Assembly (NCBI GenBank): GCA_963843795.1 | Contig: CAWJLW010000006.1 | Location: 248,001 to 312,000 of the forward strand | From: an uncultured bacterium | GTDB lineage: Bacteria; Armatimonadota; Abditibacteriia; Abditibacteriales; Abditibacteriaceae | Length of the DNA: 64,000 bases | Reading direction: 5' to 3' | Shown: in pieces, positions 50,459 through 59,835 of the stretch | Layout: each line of letters opens with the position of its first letter | How positions within the stretch are numbered: position 1 is the first letter of the stretch | Made by a program: the position numbers and the translations under genes | Notes under the pieces: generated by a model | Databases searched by the model: none | What the model was told of the DNA's origin: nothing | The model's input: the letters and a program-made list of their open reading frames with translations, nothing else

Positions 50459-52912
50459 ATGAAAAAATTTTCCTCTACAACAAACTTTGCTGTTCTATCG
50501 GGTTTATTGTTGATTTCAATCAATGCACACAGCCGTGCAGCGGATGCGCCATTGCATTTGATGATTCAAGCCGATAAACCCGGCGTTGCAGTCAGTCCGA
50601 TGCAGCACGGTGTGTTTTTTGAAGACATCAACTATGGTGCCGATGGCGGTTTATACGCCGAACTGGTGCAGAATCGTTCGTTTGAACACAAAGACAATCT
50701 TTACGCGTGGACAAAGGTCGGCAATGGCAAAGTTGACATCTCGACAGAAAACGCCATGAACGCCAACAATCCGCATTATCTGCGCTTGAATGCGACTGGC
50801 GCAGGCTTCGGTATCGCCAATAGCGGTTTCGGCGGCGTGCCGGTGAAAGCGGGCGAGAAATATCGCTTTGCTGTGCGTGCTCGTGCGGGTGCCAATTATC
50901 GTGGTGCGCTGCGGGCCACGCTTCAAGACGAAAGCGGCAAAACGCTGGGCGAAATTCGTTTGCCTAAGTTGAACGCGCAGTGGCGGGAGTTAAAAGGTGT
51001 CCTCACCAGCAACGCGACATCCGCAAACGCACGTCTGGTCGTGATGACAACAACTGCGGGACAGGTCGATTTGGATGTGGTTTCGCTGTTTCCGCAAAAC
51101 ACCTACAAACAGCGCCCGAACGGTTTGCGCGCCGACATGGTGAAAATGCTTGCCGATATGAAAACCGGCTTTGTGCGCTTTCCCGGCGGCTGCATCGTTG
51201 AAGGCCGCGATTTGGAAAACGCGTATCGCTGGAAAGAAACTATTGGCGACATCGCCACGCGCAAGCAGAACTGGAATCGCTGGCAGGAGTGGAACGCGCC
51301 GCATTATTACCAGAGTTACGGGCTGGGCTTTTTCGAGTATTTTCAACTGTGCGAAGACATCGGTGCCGAGGCGGTGCCAATTGTGAACGTTGGCATGGCG
51401 TGCCAGTTTCAGAGCGGCCAATTGGTGCCGATGGACGAACTCGGCCCGTGGGTTCAAGACGCTTTGGATTTGGTCGAGTTTGCCAATGGCCCGGCCACAA
51501 GTACTTGGGGAGCCAAGCGCGCCGCAATGGGTCATCCCGCACCGTTCAACATGAAATATTTGGGTGTCGGAAACGAGCAGTGGGGCGAAGAATATTTCAA
51601 ACGTTACAAAGTTTTCTACGATGCGCTTAAAGCCAAATATCCCGAAATTACGCTCGTCACAACTTCGGGGCCCGGCGTCGATGATGACAATTGGAAACTG
51701 GCGTGGAACAAGTTTGCTCAGGGCACGCCCGCGCAAATCGTCGATGAGCATTACTATCGTTCGCCGCAATGGTTTCTGGAGAACAGCGAACGCTACGATT
51801 CCTACAATCGCAACGGCCCCAAAGTGTTCGCCGGTGAATTTGCCGCGCACGATGCAGACAAGGAGAATACCTTGCGCGCTGCTTTGGCCGAAGCCGCGTT
51901 TATGACCGGTTTGGAGCGCAACGCCGATGTCGTGAAGATGGCTTCCTATGCACCGCTGTTCGCCAAAATCGGCTCGACGCAGTGGACGCCGGATTTAATC
52001 TGGCTCGACAACACGCGTATTTACGGCTCGCCTTCGTTTCATGTACAGGCGATGTATGGCCGCAATCGTCCCGATGTCACGCTGCCGGTTGCGCTCGAAG
52101 GTGCGGCGAATACGTCGCAATTCGCCGGACGCGTGGGTCTGAGCACTTGGAATACGCAGGCCGAATTCAAAGATATTCAGGTCACCAAAAATGGTCAGGC
52201 GCTGTTCAGCAGCGATTTCGCGCAGGGATTGAATGGTTGGGACGCAAAACGCGGCAGTTGGAAAATTGTTGACGGTGCGCTGCGCCAAAGCGAGGAGATC
52301 GCTGACACGCGCATTCTGGTCGGTGATGCGAGTTGGTCGGATTATACGTTCAGCCTCAAGGCACGCAAAGTTAGCGGCAAAGAAGGCTTTCTGATCGTTT
52401 TTCAAGCCGCGCCCGATGGCAGCGCGTCCGTGTGGAATCTGGGCGGTTGGAACAACACGCAGCACGGTTTGGATGTGTCGGGCGCAGAGCCGCAGCGCAT
52501 CGCGGGCAGTATTGAAACCGGACGCTGGTATGATGTGCGCGTAGAAGTTCAAGGTGCGCAAATCAAATGTTATCTTGATGGCAAATTAGTGCAGCAGGCG
52601 ACGCGAAAAGCGCTGCCTGCATTATACGCGACTGCGGGAGTTGATAAACGAAGCGGCGACACCATTCTCAAAGTCGTCAATCCGTTCGCTCAGTCGGCGC
52701 TGACCACCATCGATTTACGCGGAGTGAAAGCAGTCGCCAATGTGGCCCAAGTCAGCGTGCTCACTGGCAAAAATCCGAGTGCGGTCAATACACTGCAAAA
52801 TCCACGTAATATCGCGCCTCGCGAAGGAAAAATCAATGTTCCTGCCCCAGAATTTCAATACAATTTTCCTGCGAACTCGTTCACAATTTTGCGCTTGAAG
52901 ACCCTGGAATAA
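50459..52912 (+). CDS. Secreted alpha-L-arabinofuranosidase (GH51) with inserted beta-sandwich domain
   Basis: FFEDINYGADGGLYAELVQNRSFE, RFPGGC, GNEQWG, DEHYY, GEFA, ERNADVV, YAPLF. Confidence 0.93.
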   Translation: MKKFSSTTNFAVLSGLLLISINAHSRAADAPLHLMIQADKPGVAVSPMQHGVFFEDINYGADGGLYAELVQNRSFEHKDNLYAWTKVGNGKVDISTENAMNANNPHYLRLNATGAGFGIANSGFGGVPVKAGEKYRFAVRARAGANYRGALRATLQDESGKTLGEIRLPKLNAQWRELKGVLTSNATSANARLVVMTTTAGQVDLDVVSLFPQNTYKQRPNGLRADMVKMLADMKTGFVRFPGGCIVEGRDLENAYRWKETIGDIATRKQNWNRWQEWNAPHYYQSYGLGFFEYFQLCEDIGAEAVPIVNVGMACQFQSGQLVPMDELGPWVQDALDLVEFANGPATSTWGAKRAAMGHPAPFNMKYLGVGNEQWGEEYFKRYKVFYDALKAKYPEITLVTTSGPGVDDDNWKLAWNKFAQGTPAQIVDEHYYRSPQWFLENSERYDSYNRNGPKVFAGEFAAHDADKENTLRAALAEAAFMTGLERNADVVKMASYAPLFAKIGSTQWTPDLIWLDNTRIYGSPSFHVQAMYGRNRPDVTLPVALEGAANTSQFAGRVGLSTWNTQAEFKDIQVTKNGQALFSSDFAQGLNGWDAKRGSWKIVDGALRQSEEIADTRILVGDASWSDYTFSLKARKVSGKEGFLIVFQAAPDGSASVWNLGGWNNTQHGLDVSGAEPQRIAGSIETGRWYDVRVEVQGAQIKCYLDGKLVQQATRKALPALYATAGVDKRSGDTILKVVNPFAQSALTTIDLRGVKAVANVAQVSVLTGKNPSAVNTLQNPRNIAPREGKINVPAPEFQYNFPANSFTILRLKTLE

Positions 52913-52924
52913 TGGTTCACGATC

Positions 52925-52976
52925 TTTTTTCCGAAAAGCGTAGTGCAAGTACTTGCACTACGCTTTTCGGAAAAAA
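52925..52976. repeat. 52-bp perfect palindrome centred on GCAAGTACTTGC (longest in the window)
   Basis: ttttttccgaaaagcgtagtgcaagt|acttgcactacgcttttcggaaaaaa. Confidence 0.9.
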
Positions 52977-53004
52977 TCACGTTTTTTGACCAATGTGTTA
53001 AATC

Positions 53005-53033
53005 TTGACAGTGAAAGTAAATTTTAGTAATAT
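53005..53033 (+). promoter_or_regulatory. Probable sigma70 promoter
   Basis: TTGACA, 17-bp spacer, TAATAT. Confidence 0.55.
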
Positions 53034-53093
53034 GCTTGCTATTATCTCGCCCGTTGTAAGCATTTAAAAGTTCGGAAAATTAGGATTACGCTC

Positions 53094-53798
53094 ATGAAAT
53101 GTTTCTCGTCAAAAACTTCTCGCGCACGATTCAGATCAACTGCTAAGGCGTTCACTCTTATCGAACTTTTGGTTGTCATCGCTATTATTGCCATTTTGGC
53201 GGCCATTTTGTTTCCGGTTTTTGCACGGGCGCGTGAAAATGCGCGGCGCGCCAGTTGTTCGAGTAATCAGAAGCAGATCGGTTTAGGCTTTATGCAATAC
53301 ACGCAGGATTACGACGAAACTTTTCCGGTTGCGATCAGCGGCACCGAGGAAACCAACTGGGCGTTGACGTTGCAGCCTTATTTGAAAAGCGCGCAGATTT
53401 TTCAATGCCCGAGCGAATCGAACGGTCCTGGCCTGAGTTATGGCTATTGGGGTTATAACGATTACTATGTCAACCGCTATATTTGTGGTTGGATTTATAA
53501 CGGCAGCACAGAAAAAGGTATTAAATTGGCTGCCATTGGTTCATCGGCTTTGGTAGTATTAATGGCAGATGGTGCCAAGATCGACGCCAACCCGGCTTGT
53601 GGTGACACGGGACGGCCTGGTTACAATTGCTATGATAGCCTGAAAACCAATATTCAAAGCAACGACCATCCGGAAAACCGTCATCTGGAAGGCGCCAATT
53701 ATACCTTCACCGATGGCCACGTTAAGTGGTTCAAGCCAGGCAAAATCACTGGCCCAACTGTTGCCACCGGCTTCAGTTTCAGTCCCAACACGCAGTAA
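53094..53798 (+). CDS. Prepilin-type N-terminal cleavage/methylation protein, DUF1559 with H-X9-DG motif
   Basis: [60 protein letters not shown]. Confidence 0.93.
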   Translation: MKCFSSKTSRARFRSTAKAFTLIELLVVIAIIAILAAILFPVFARARENARRASCSSNQKQIGLGFMQYTQDYDETFPVAISGTEETNWALTLQPYLKSAQIFQCPSESNGPGLSYGYWGYNDYYVNRYICGWIYNGSTEKGIKLAAIGSSALVVLMADGAKIDANPACGDTGRPGYNCYDSLKTNIQSNDHPENRHLEGANYTFTDGHVKWFKPGKITGPTVATGFSFSPNTQ

Positions 53799-53838
53799 AA
53801 TTTAGCCGGTAATTACACAAAAGGACAACAAACCCTAC

Positions 53839-54030
53839 ATGAAGTCAACCCTGTTAAAAATCGCAGTCGGCATTTCGGCCATTGCAACCATCGCCCTGTT
53901 GCCGGGTTGCGGCGGCAGCGAAGACACAACTGCGACCGACACCAATACTGCAGTTGCGCCTTCTGGAGGCGATGCGGCAGCCGCGCCTTCACAGCAAAGC
54001 GCTCCGCCACCATTGCCCCCCGCAAAGTAA
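53839..54030 (+). CDS. Small low-complexity lipoprotein
   Basis: MK leader, hydrophobic core, LPGC lipobox, AAGGA SD. Confidence 0.7.
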   Translation: MKSTLLKIAVGISAIATIALLPGCGGSEDTTATDTNTAVAPSGGDAAAAPSQQSAPPPLPPAK

Positions 54031-54102
54031 AAAGCAGCGGAAAATCAATCGATTATTTACTGACCATAAATTGCTTCTGCAAGTACTTGCAGGGCAAAAA
54101 TG

Positions 54103-54132
54103 AAAAGCCACACGCTTTTGCGTGTGGCTTTT
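54103..54132 (+). terminator. Intrinsic terminator
   Basis: aaaagccacacgc-tttt-gcgtgtggctttt plus T-run. Confidence 0.8.
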
Positions 54133-54268
54133 TTGTATTTGGCTTTTCACTTTAATGCGAATTATTGAAGCGAAAAGCGCGAAGAGAAACAAAAATTCTG
54201 ACAGTCACATGACAGAATGAAAATCGGGCATAATAAGAGTAATTTCAAAATAGCAATTTATAGAGAAG

Positions 54269-54841
54269 GTGTCGAGAATGGGTTTGGGTAAGTTTTTGCG
54301 GACATTGTGCTTGTGGATACTGGCACTGTCATGGATTGGCGGTATGGGTAGAATTGGTTATCAAATCGTAGAGAACGAACGTGCCTTAAATCGACAAGAG
54401 AAAGTCTCGCCGTGGCAAATCAGTTCTGTAGAAATAACGGAAGATACCCATTCCTCTGAACTTTTGCAAGTTGCCATTCCCCAGCAAATAGGCCCAGGCG
54501 CAGGACTTGAGCCAGTCGAATGGTCGCGCCCAAGCGTTGAGCCATCGCGCACCGAAAACATAGATAGAGAGAATTACAATCGCAAGTCATTTCGACAAAA
54601 CGGTGTGGACGGTATTTATCAATCCGATGATGGTCAGGTTCTGTTTTACAATTCCCTTCACAATCGTTGGTTCATCGGGCCGGATACTCAGCCGGCTCAC
54701 GCGTTTTATAAACATTCGGCAGCATCGACCACCGTACCTCCCCAAACCGAATGGGAAGTTACATCGATAGGCAAAGCGCCTGCGCCCGTTCTTTTGTGTT
54801 TCAGTGCGCCAAAGGTCAAAAACAAAGCCGCGCGAGACTAA
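54269..54841 (+). CDS. Hypothetical membrane-anchored protein
   Basis: 190-aa ORF with N-terminal hydrophobic segment. Confidence 0.55.
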   Translation: MSRMGLGKFLRTLCLWILALSWIGGMGRIGYQIVENERALNRQEKVSPWQISSVEITEDTHSSELLQVAIPQQIGPGAGLEPVEWSRPSVEPSRTENIDRENYNRKSFRQNGVDGIYQSDDGQVLFYNSLHNRWFIGPDTQPAHAFYKHSAASTTVPPQTEWEVTSIGKAPAPVLLCFSAPKVKNKAARD

Positions 54842-54852
54842 AACTGCATCAT

Positions 54853-56715
54853 TCAAATAGATTCAGTCATGGGTTCGATTGAGCCATCGAACAACTCAGC
54901 TTTATTTTCAGCAAATTGCGAAGCATACAGGCGCGCATATGCGCCATCTTGCGCGATGAGCTCGCTGTGCGTGCCGCGTTCGATGATGCGGCCTTGTTTC
55001 ATTACCAGAATTTGATCGGCAGCTAGAACTGTCGATAAACGGTGCGCGATGGCGAATGTAGTGCGACCCTGAGCCAAACGCGCCAGAGCGTCTTGAATCA
55101 AGCGCTCGCTTTGCGTGTCGAGTGCACTGGTCGCTTCGTCCAAAATCAAAATGCGTGGGTTTTTCAAGATGGCGCGCGCAATCGCGATGCGCTGCTTCTG
55201 GCCGCCGCTGAGCTTGTAGCCGCGCTCGCCTACAACCGTGTCATAACCTTCGGGCAGTGACGCGATATGATCGTGAATTGCAGCGGCGCGCGCGGCTGCA
55301 ATCAATTCTTCGTCGGTAGCGTCAGAACGTCCATAACGCAAGTTTTCACGAATCGTATCATGCAACAAGTAGCTTTCCTGCGTCACTACGCCAACGATTT
55401 GGCCCAGCGAATCTAACGAGATGTTTTTCACGTCGTGTCCGTCGATAGTTACGCGCCCACTGTCGGCGTCGTACAATCGTGGAATTAGATACGTCATCGT
55501 GGTTTTGCCTGCACCTGAATGGCCGACTAGAGCGAACTGTTGGCCGGGGCGTGCACGGAGCGTGATATCGCTGAGCGTCGGATTATCCTGATCGTCGTCG
55601 TAGCAAAACGCGACATTCTCGAAAGAAACTTCGCCACGAATCTCTGTGGGTTTGAGCGTGATTGCGTCGGGCGCATCTTTGATTTCCTGTGGCAAATCGA
55701 GATATTCGAAAATGCGGTCGAAAAGAGCCAGCGCACTTGTAACTTCAACTTGCACGTTTAATAGGCTGGTGAGCGGAAAAAACAGGCGCGACTGCAAAGC
55801 GGTGAAAGCCACGATAGTGCCCAGTTGCAGCGTTGTGTCGCCACGCTCGATGATGAGCCAACCCGCCAGCCAATAAACCAGCACGGGAGTCAGGCTGAAT
55901 GTAAGGCCGATAAGGTTGAAGAAGACGCGCATCACCATCGCGAGGCGAATCTGGGTCGAAGTCAGCGCATCGTTTTCGCGCGCGAAATGAGCGACCGCCA
56001 GTGCACGCCGTCCGCTCGTTTTGGTCAATAATACGCCCGAAACCGAAAGCGTTTCCTGCATTGTGGCGTTCAAATCGGCCAATTGTTCCTGTGAGGTGTT
56101 GCGCAAACCGCGCGAAAATTCGCCGACGCGCGCTGCGATGAAAGCGAAAAACGGTAGCATTCCGACACTTAGCAAAGTCAGGCGCCAATCCATATAAATC
56201 ATGGCGACTAAAGTTGATAAAACGGTGGCAACATTCGATAAAACATCGGCGACTGTGTTGGCGAGAACGTTTTGCACGCCACCGACATCGTTGACCAGTC
56301 GGCTTTGAATTTCGCCCGTCCGCGTGCGCGTGAAGAAACGCAGCGACATTCCCTGCAAATGTTCGTTCAAACGATTGCGCAAATCGCGCATAATTTGCTG
56401 ACCGACCCACAGCGACAAAAAGCCAAAGCCCAGCCCTAAAATCGTCGCGCCCAAAGTCGCAGCCAGCGTGAGAAGCGAATAATGGGTGATGATGCCGAAA
56501 TTTTGCTTCAGCAAGCCTTCATCGATTAGCGTGCGCAGATAAAATGGCGACAGCAGGCCCAGACCCGCCGAAGCCAGCACCAAAATCAAAATCCCCATCA
56601 GGTGCGGGCGATAATCGCTGAAGGTGACAAACACGCGCTTTAAAGTGGCGCGGGCGGGCGGTTTTTTAGCAGATTTTTCTTCAGATGCGGCTGCGTTGCG
56701 TGCCTTCAAAGCCAT
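54853..56715 (-). CDS. ABC exporter, fused permease/ATPase (MsbA-like family)
   Basis: TM domain; GHSGAGKTT, LSGGQKQR, ILDEATSALD, IAHRLST. Confidence 0.93.
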   Translation of the reverse strand: MALKARNAAASEEKSAKKPPARATLKRVFVTFSDYRPHLMGILILVLASAGLGLLSPFYLRTLIDEGLLKQNFGIITHYSLLTLAATLGATILGLGFGFLSLWVGQQIMRDLRNRLNEHLQGMSLRFFTRTRTGEIQSRLVNDVGGVQNVLANTVADVLSNVATVLSTLVAMIYMDWRLTLLSVGMLPFFAFIAARVGEFSRGLRNTSQEQLADLNATMQETLSVSGVLLTKTSGRRALAVAHFARENDALTSTQIRLAMVMRVFFNLIGLTFSLTPVLVYWLAGWLIIERGDTTLQLGTIVAFTALQSRLFFPLTSLLNVQVEVTSALALFDRIFEYLDLPQEIKDAPDAITLKPTEIRGEVSFENVAFCYDDDQDNPTLSDITLRARPGQQFALVGHSGAGKTTMTYLIPRLYDADSGRVTIDGHDVKNISLDSLGQIVGVVTQESYLLHDTIRENLRYGRSDATDEELIAAARAAAIHDHIASLPEGYDTVVGERGYKLSGGQKQRIAIARAILKNPRILILDEATSALDTQSERLIQDALARLAQGRTTFAIAHRLSTVLAADQILVMKQGRIIERGTHSELIAQDGAYARLYASQFAENKAELFDGSIEPMTESI

Positions 56716-56759
56716 AAATCGCGTTGTCCTCGAAATGATCTACGGCACAGTGTAAGATG

Positions 56760-56791
56760 AAAACGCCCTGCAAGTACTTGCAGGGCGTTTT
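56760..56791. repeat. 32-bp perfect palindrome centred on GCAAGTACTTGC
   Basis: aaaacgccctgcaagt|acttgcagggcgtttt. Confidence 0.9.
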
Positions 56792-56796
56792 GGCTT

Positions 56797-57369
56797 TCAA
56801 AACGGTGCATCTGGTCCGGCCAAAAATTCGGATTCTTCAGGCGTGTCTTGTCGGCCCAGCGCCTGATTTCGGTTGGGAAAGCGACCGAAGCGTTCGATGA
56901 CCCGCTGATGGCGCTTGGCGAAATCCAGCCCGACTGCATTGGTTTCGTTTGGTTCCAGCGCGCCAAATAACTCGACAGCGCGCCTTTGGTCGCTGAGATT
57001 TTCGCTGTGTTCAAGCGGCAGGTAAAAAAACCAGCGATGGATATCAGAAAAGTGCTGATCGAAACCCTTGCCAATCGCTTCGTGCGCGATTTCGCGCGCC
57101 AGTTCATCGCTTTCAAAAGCGCGCGCCGTTTTCGGAAACAGTAAATTTGGAAACTGGTCAAGCAGCAAAATTAGCGCGAGCGCACCTTCTGGATTCTGCC
57201 GCCATTCGGACAATTCGCCACGCGCTGCGCGTTCGTAATCGGCTTCAAAACGTTGCGCCGATTGGCGAAAGTCGTCGTCGGGTTGAAACCAGATTTGGCG
57301 GTAGCCACTGGCATTTTCGTTGGCAGAATCGTCGAACCAAAACTCTAAAATTTCTGTTGCCACGGACAT
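56797..57369 (-). CDS. DUF924 family protein
   Basis: ILEFWF, LLLDQFP, FFYLPLEHSE, RFGRFP.RN..LGR. Confidence 0.92.
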   Translation of the reverse strand: MSVATEILEFWFDDSANENASGYRQIWFQPDDDFRQSAQRFEADYERAARGELSEWRQNPEGALALILLLDQFPNLLFPKTARAFESDELAREIAHEAIGKGFDQHFSDIHRWFFYLPLEHSENLSDQRRAVELFGALEPNETNAVGLDFAKRHQRVIERFGRFPNRNQALGRQDTPEESEFLAGPDAPF

Positions 57370-57401
57370 TTTCGCTCCTTGAAAATTGAGATAACCAATC
57401 G

Positions 57402-57433
57402 AAAAACCCGCACTCTTTTGAGCGCGGGTTTTT
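57402..57433 (-). terminator. Intrinsic terminator
   Basis: aaaaacccgcactc...gagcgcgggttttt. Confidence 0.7.
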
Positions 57434-57452
57434 TATAATCGGTAAAACGGTT

Positions 57453-59456
57453 TTAGTTGCGGCGATCAACAACGCTGATGCTGGTGGGTTCGCCGCTTTG
57501 TTCGATGACGAACTGGAATTGCCCGTTATCGCCCGCTTCGACGGTGCGATTGTTAATGGTTACCACTGCGCCTGGCACCATCGCGCCCGAAACTGGTACT
57601 CTGCGATTGGCGTCTTTGTCGATTAAACGCTGCACAATGAGAGCAGCTTCGTCGCGGCGCAAAGACTTATTGGGCAGGAAGAAGTTGGATGGATAGCCCA
57701 CAATTAAACGCCCGCCCGCCGACTTGGCCACCGTCGAGGCCACGTTGACATAACCGGTTGCCCAGTTAGGAATATCCTGGTAATCCAGAAAGCCAACGTC
57801 CTGGCTCATGGCACTTTTCGCCAAATCTTCCAGGCCCAGCGCGCGCACTACCACTGCAGTGGCTTCAACACGGGAAATCGGCTTGTCGGGGCGGAACATT
57901 CCGTTGGGATAACCTTTGGCCAAATCTTGCTTTTCGGCAATCGCCAGGTAACCGGCAAACCAGTCGGAAGCCTTGACATCGGTGAAAGACGGCATACCGG
58001 CGGGCTCGAGCGGAGTCTGCGAGATGATTTGAATGGTGCCGGTGAGCGTTGTGGTTTCACCACGCCCATCTTTGGCGACGCAGACGTAAGAGTAGCGACC
58101 GGCGGGCGCATAGCCGCTGCCCATGCGACCGTCCCATAGCGCGGTGCCTTCACCGGCTTCGAAGCGCTTGTTATCGACCAGTTTGGTGACGACCTGCTTA
58201 TCGGAATTGTAAATCGTCAGATTCACTGTCGAAGCGCGGCCCAGCACAAATTTAATCGCGGTCACATCGCGCAAATCGCGCAGATTCAAACCTTTCAAAG
58301 TCATCACGACGTATTCGGCGCGTTGGGTGGGAACAGTGGGATAATACAAGCCCGACTGTTTGCCCTGCACGACGCCGACTTTCTGCAAACGATCAATCGC
58401 AGCCTGAAATTCCAGACCGCGCACATCGACCAGAACCGGTGCGTTGCGTCCTGCAATGATGCGGTCGGGCAAAGCGAAAACCGTCAATAGCGGCGTGGTC
58501 ACGAACGAGTAGCGCACGTTATTACTGCCCGCCGAAGCTCCGCTGTCTTTGCTTTCCACGGTTGCAATTGAATAAAAGGCTTCGCTGCGCTGGCTCGAAG
58601 GCTCGACCCGGAAACTCAAAGTGCGCGTTGCGCCCGGAGTCGCGCCGTTGATGTCCCACGACAATTCGCGGGCTGCGGCATCATATTTTGGGTCGCCGGT
58701 CGCCGAGTTGGTGACGTAAGAAACCAGTTCGTCCAACGCGTAACGCACCGTCACGTCTTGCGTGGCTTCGCCTTGATTGGTGTAAGAAATTGTGACTAGC
58801 GCTTGCTGGGGATTGTCTTCGACCGGACCAACGCGCAGCGACAGGTTGTGCGGCGAATTGGGCACAGTCGCCGTGCCGGGAGCGGGCGTAATCGGCGCAG
58901 CGGTCGGCACGTCCACGTTGCCTCGGATATCGGTGCCATTGTCGGCTTGCACCGTTGCGGCAATCGGCGTGGCAGTATTAGCGATTTGAGGCGTACCCAC
59001 GTCGATTTTGCCCAACGTGCCGGGTGCGACAACTTCAACAACTACGGTTTGCGAACGGCCATCCATTCCGACGACTTCCAGGCTCGTGGTGCCCAGACTG
59101 ACACCTTCGAGAACGGCGCGGTTGTCGCTGAATGAAGCGCGAGCCACGTCGATGTTCTCCGGTAGCACGCGTGCCACGTTGGGAATCGGCAATGTAGTGC
59201 TCTGGCCGCGTTCAATGCGCACGCGCAAACTGTTCGCAGCCACTGCGCTGGCTTGGGCCTGTGCCGGAATCGGCTGAGCCACAAGGCCACTTGTGACGGC
59301 GACCGCACCCAGAGTTACGCCCAACAGCGCTGGCGAAAGCGCACCCAAACGCTTCGCGCCAGAGCGCTTGACACCAAAAGCTGTGTTAGAAACCGTCGCC
59401 GATTGAATGTGCTGCGTCAGGAACCGGGACGCACCGGAAGTCGAAGTGTTACGCAT
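57453..59456 (-). CDS. Secreted S-layer-homology (SLH) protein with Ig-like/FlgD-like domains
   Basis: FTDVKASDWF, GYPNGMFRPDKPISRVEA, GYPSNFFLPNKSLRRDEA; WDGR...PAGRY FlgD-like Ig; start uncertain. Confidence 0.82.
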   Translation of the reverse strand: MRNTSTSGASRFLTQHIQSATVSNTAFGVKRSGAKRLGALSPALLGVTLGAVAVTSGLVAQPIPAQAQASAVAANSLRVRIERGQSTTLPIPNVARVLPENIDVARASFSDNRAVLEGVSLGTTSLEVVGMDGRSQTVVVEVVAPGTLGKIDVGTPQIANTATPIAATVQADNGTDIRGNVDVPTAAPITPAPGTATVPNSPHNLSLRVGPVEDNPQQALVTISYTNQGEATQDVTVRYALDELVSYVTNSATGDPKYDAAARELSWDINGATPGATRTLSFRVEPSSQRSEAFYSIATVESKDSGASAGSNNVRYSFVTTPLLTVFALPDRIIAGRNAPVLVDVRGLEFQAAIDRLQKVGVVQGKQSGLYYPTVPTQRAEYVVMTLKGLNLRDLRDVTAIKFVLGRASTVNLTIYNSDKQVVTKLVDNKRFEAGEGTALWDGRMGSGYAPAGRYSYVCVAKDGRGETTTLTGTIQIISQTPLEPAGMPSFTDVKASDWFAGYLAIAEKQDLAKGYPNGMFRPDKPISRVEATAVVVRALGLEDLAKSAMSQDVGFLDYQDIPNWATGYVNVASTVAKSAGGRLIVGYPSNFFLPNKSLRRDEAALIVQRLIDKDANRRVPVSGAMVPGAVVTINNRTVEAGDNGQFQFVIEQSGEPTSISVVDRRN

Positions 59457-59752
59457 GAGAAGCCTCGCCGAACTTACTAAATTAATGTTTTGACCGCACC
59501 GCGTCAGGGCACTGCGATTCATATCTAAAACTGTTTTTGCGACTTAAATCATTAGATTACGCATATATTTCTACTACTGCGCAGCCTAATTATGACACAG
59601 CATTTGAGAATGAGCAAACTTAACGCGCTTCCCAAGCGCTGCAAAATGCGCCTAAATCGGATTTTTAAGCAGCTTGACGATTCAAATTAAGTAATATCTC
59701 TTATTGAACCAAAGAAAAAAGAGCGCTCTTTGGTATTCCCGCATTGACGCTT

Positions 59753-59788
59753 TTCGCAACCTGCAAGGCATTCGCAACCTGCAAGGCA
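59753..59788 (+). repeat. Exact 18-bp tandem duplication TTCGCAACCTGCAAGGCA
   Basis: Two adjacent copies in the intergenic region. Confidence 0.85.
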
Positions 59789-59835
59789 AACGCGTTATGG
59801 CGAGTACTTGCCCCATTTGTCGGGCATAATTTTCA

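Noticed and set aside
50990..51850. 286-aa minus-strand ORF (similarly 61790-62602, 32501-33220, 9019-9738)
   Set aside because: Antisense shadows of well-supported genes in GC-rich coding DNA.
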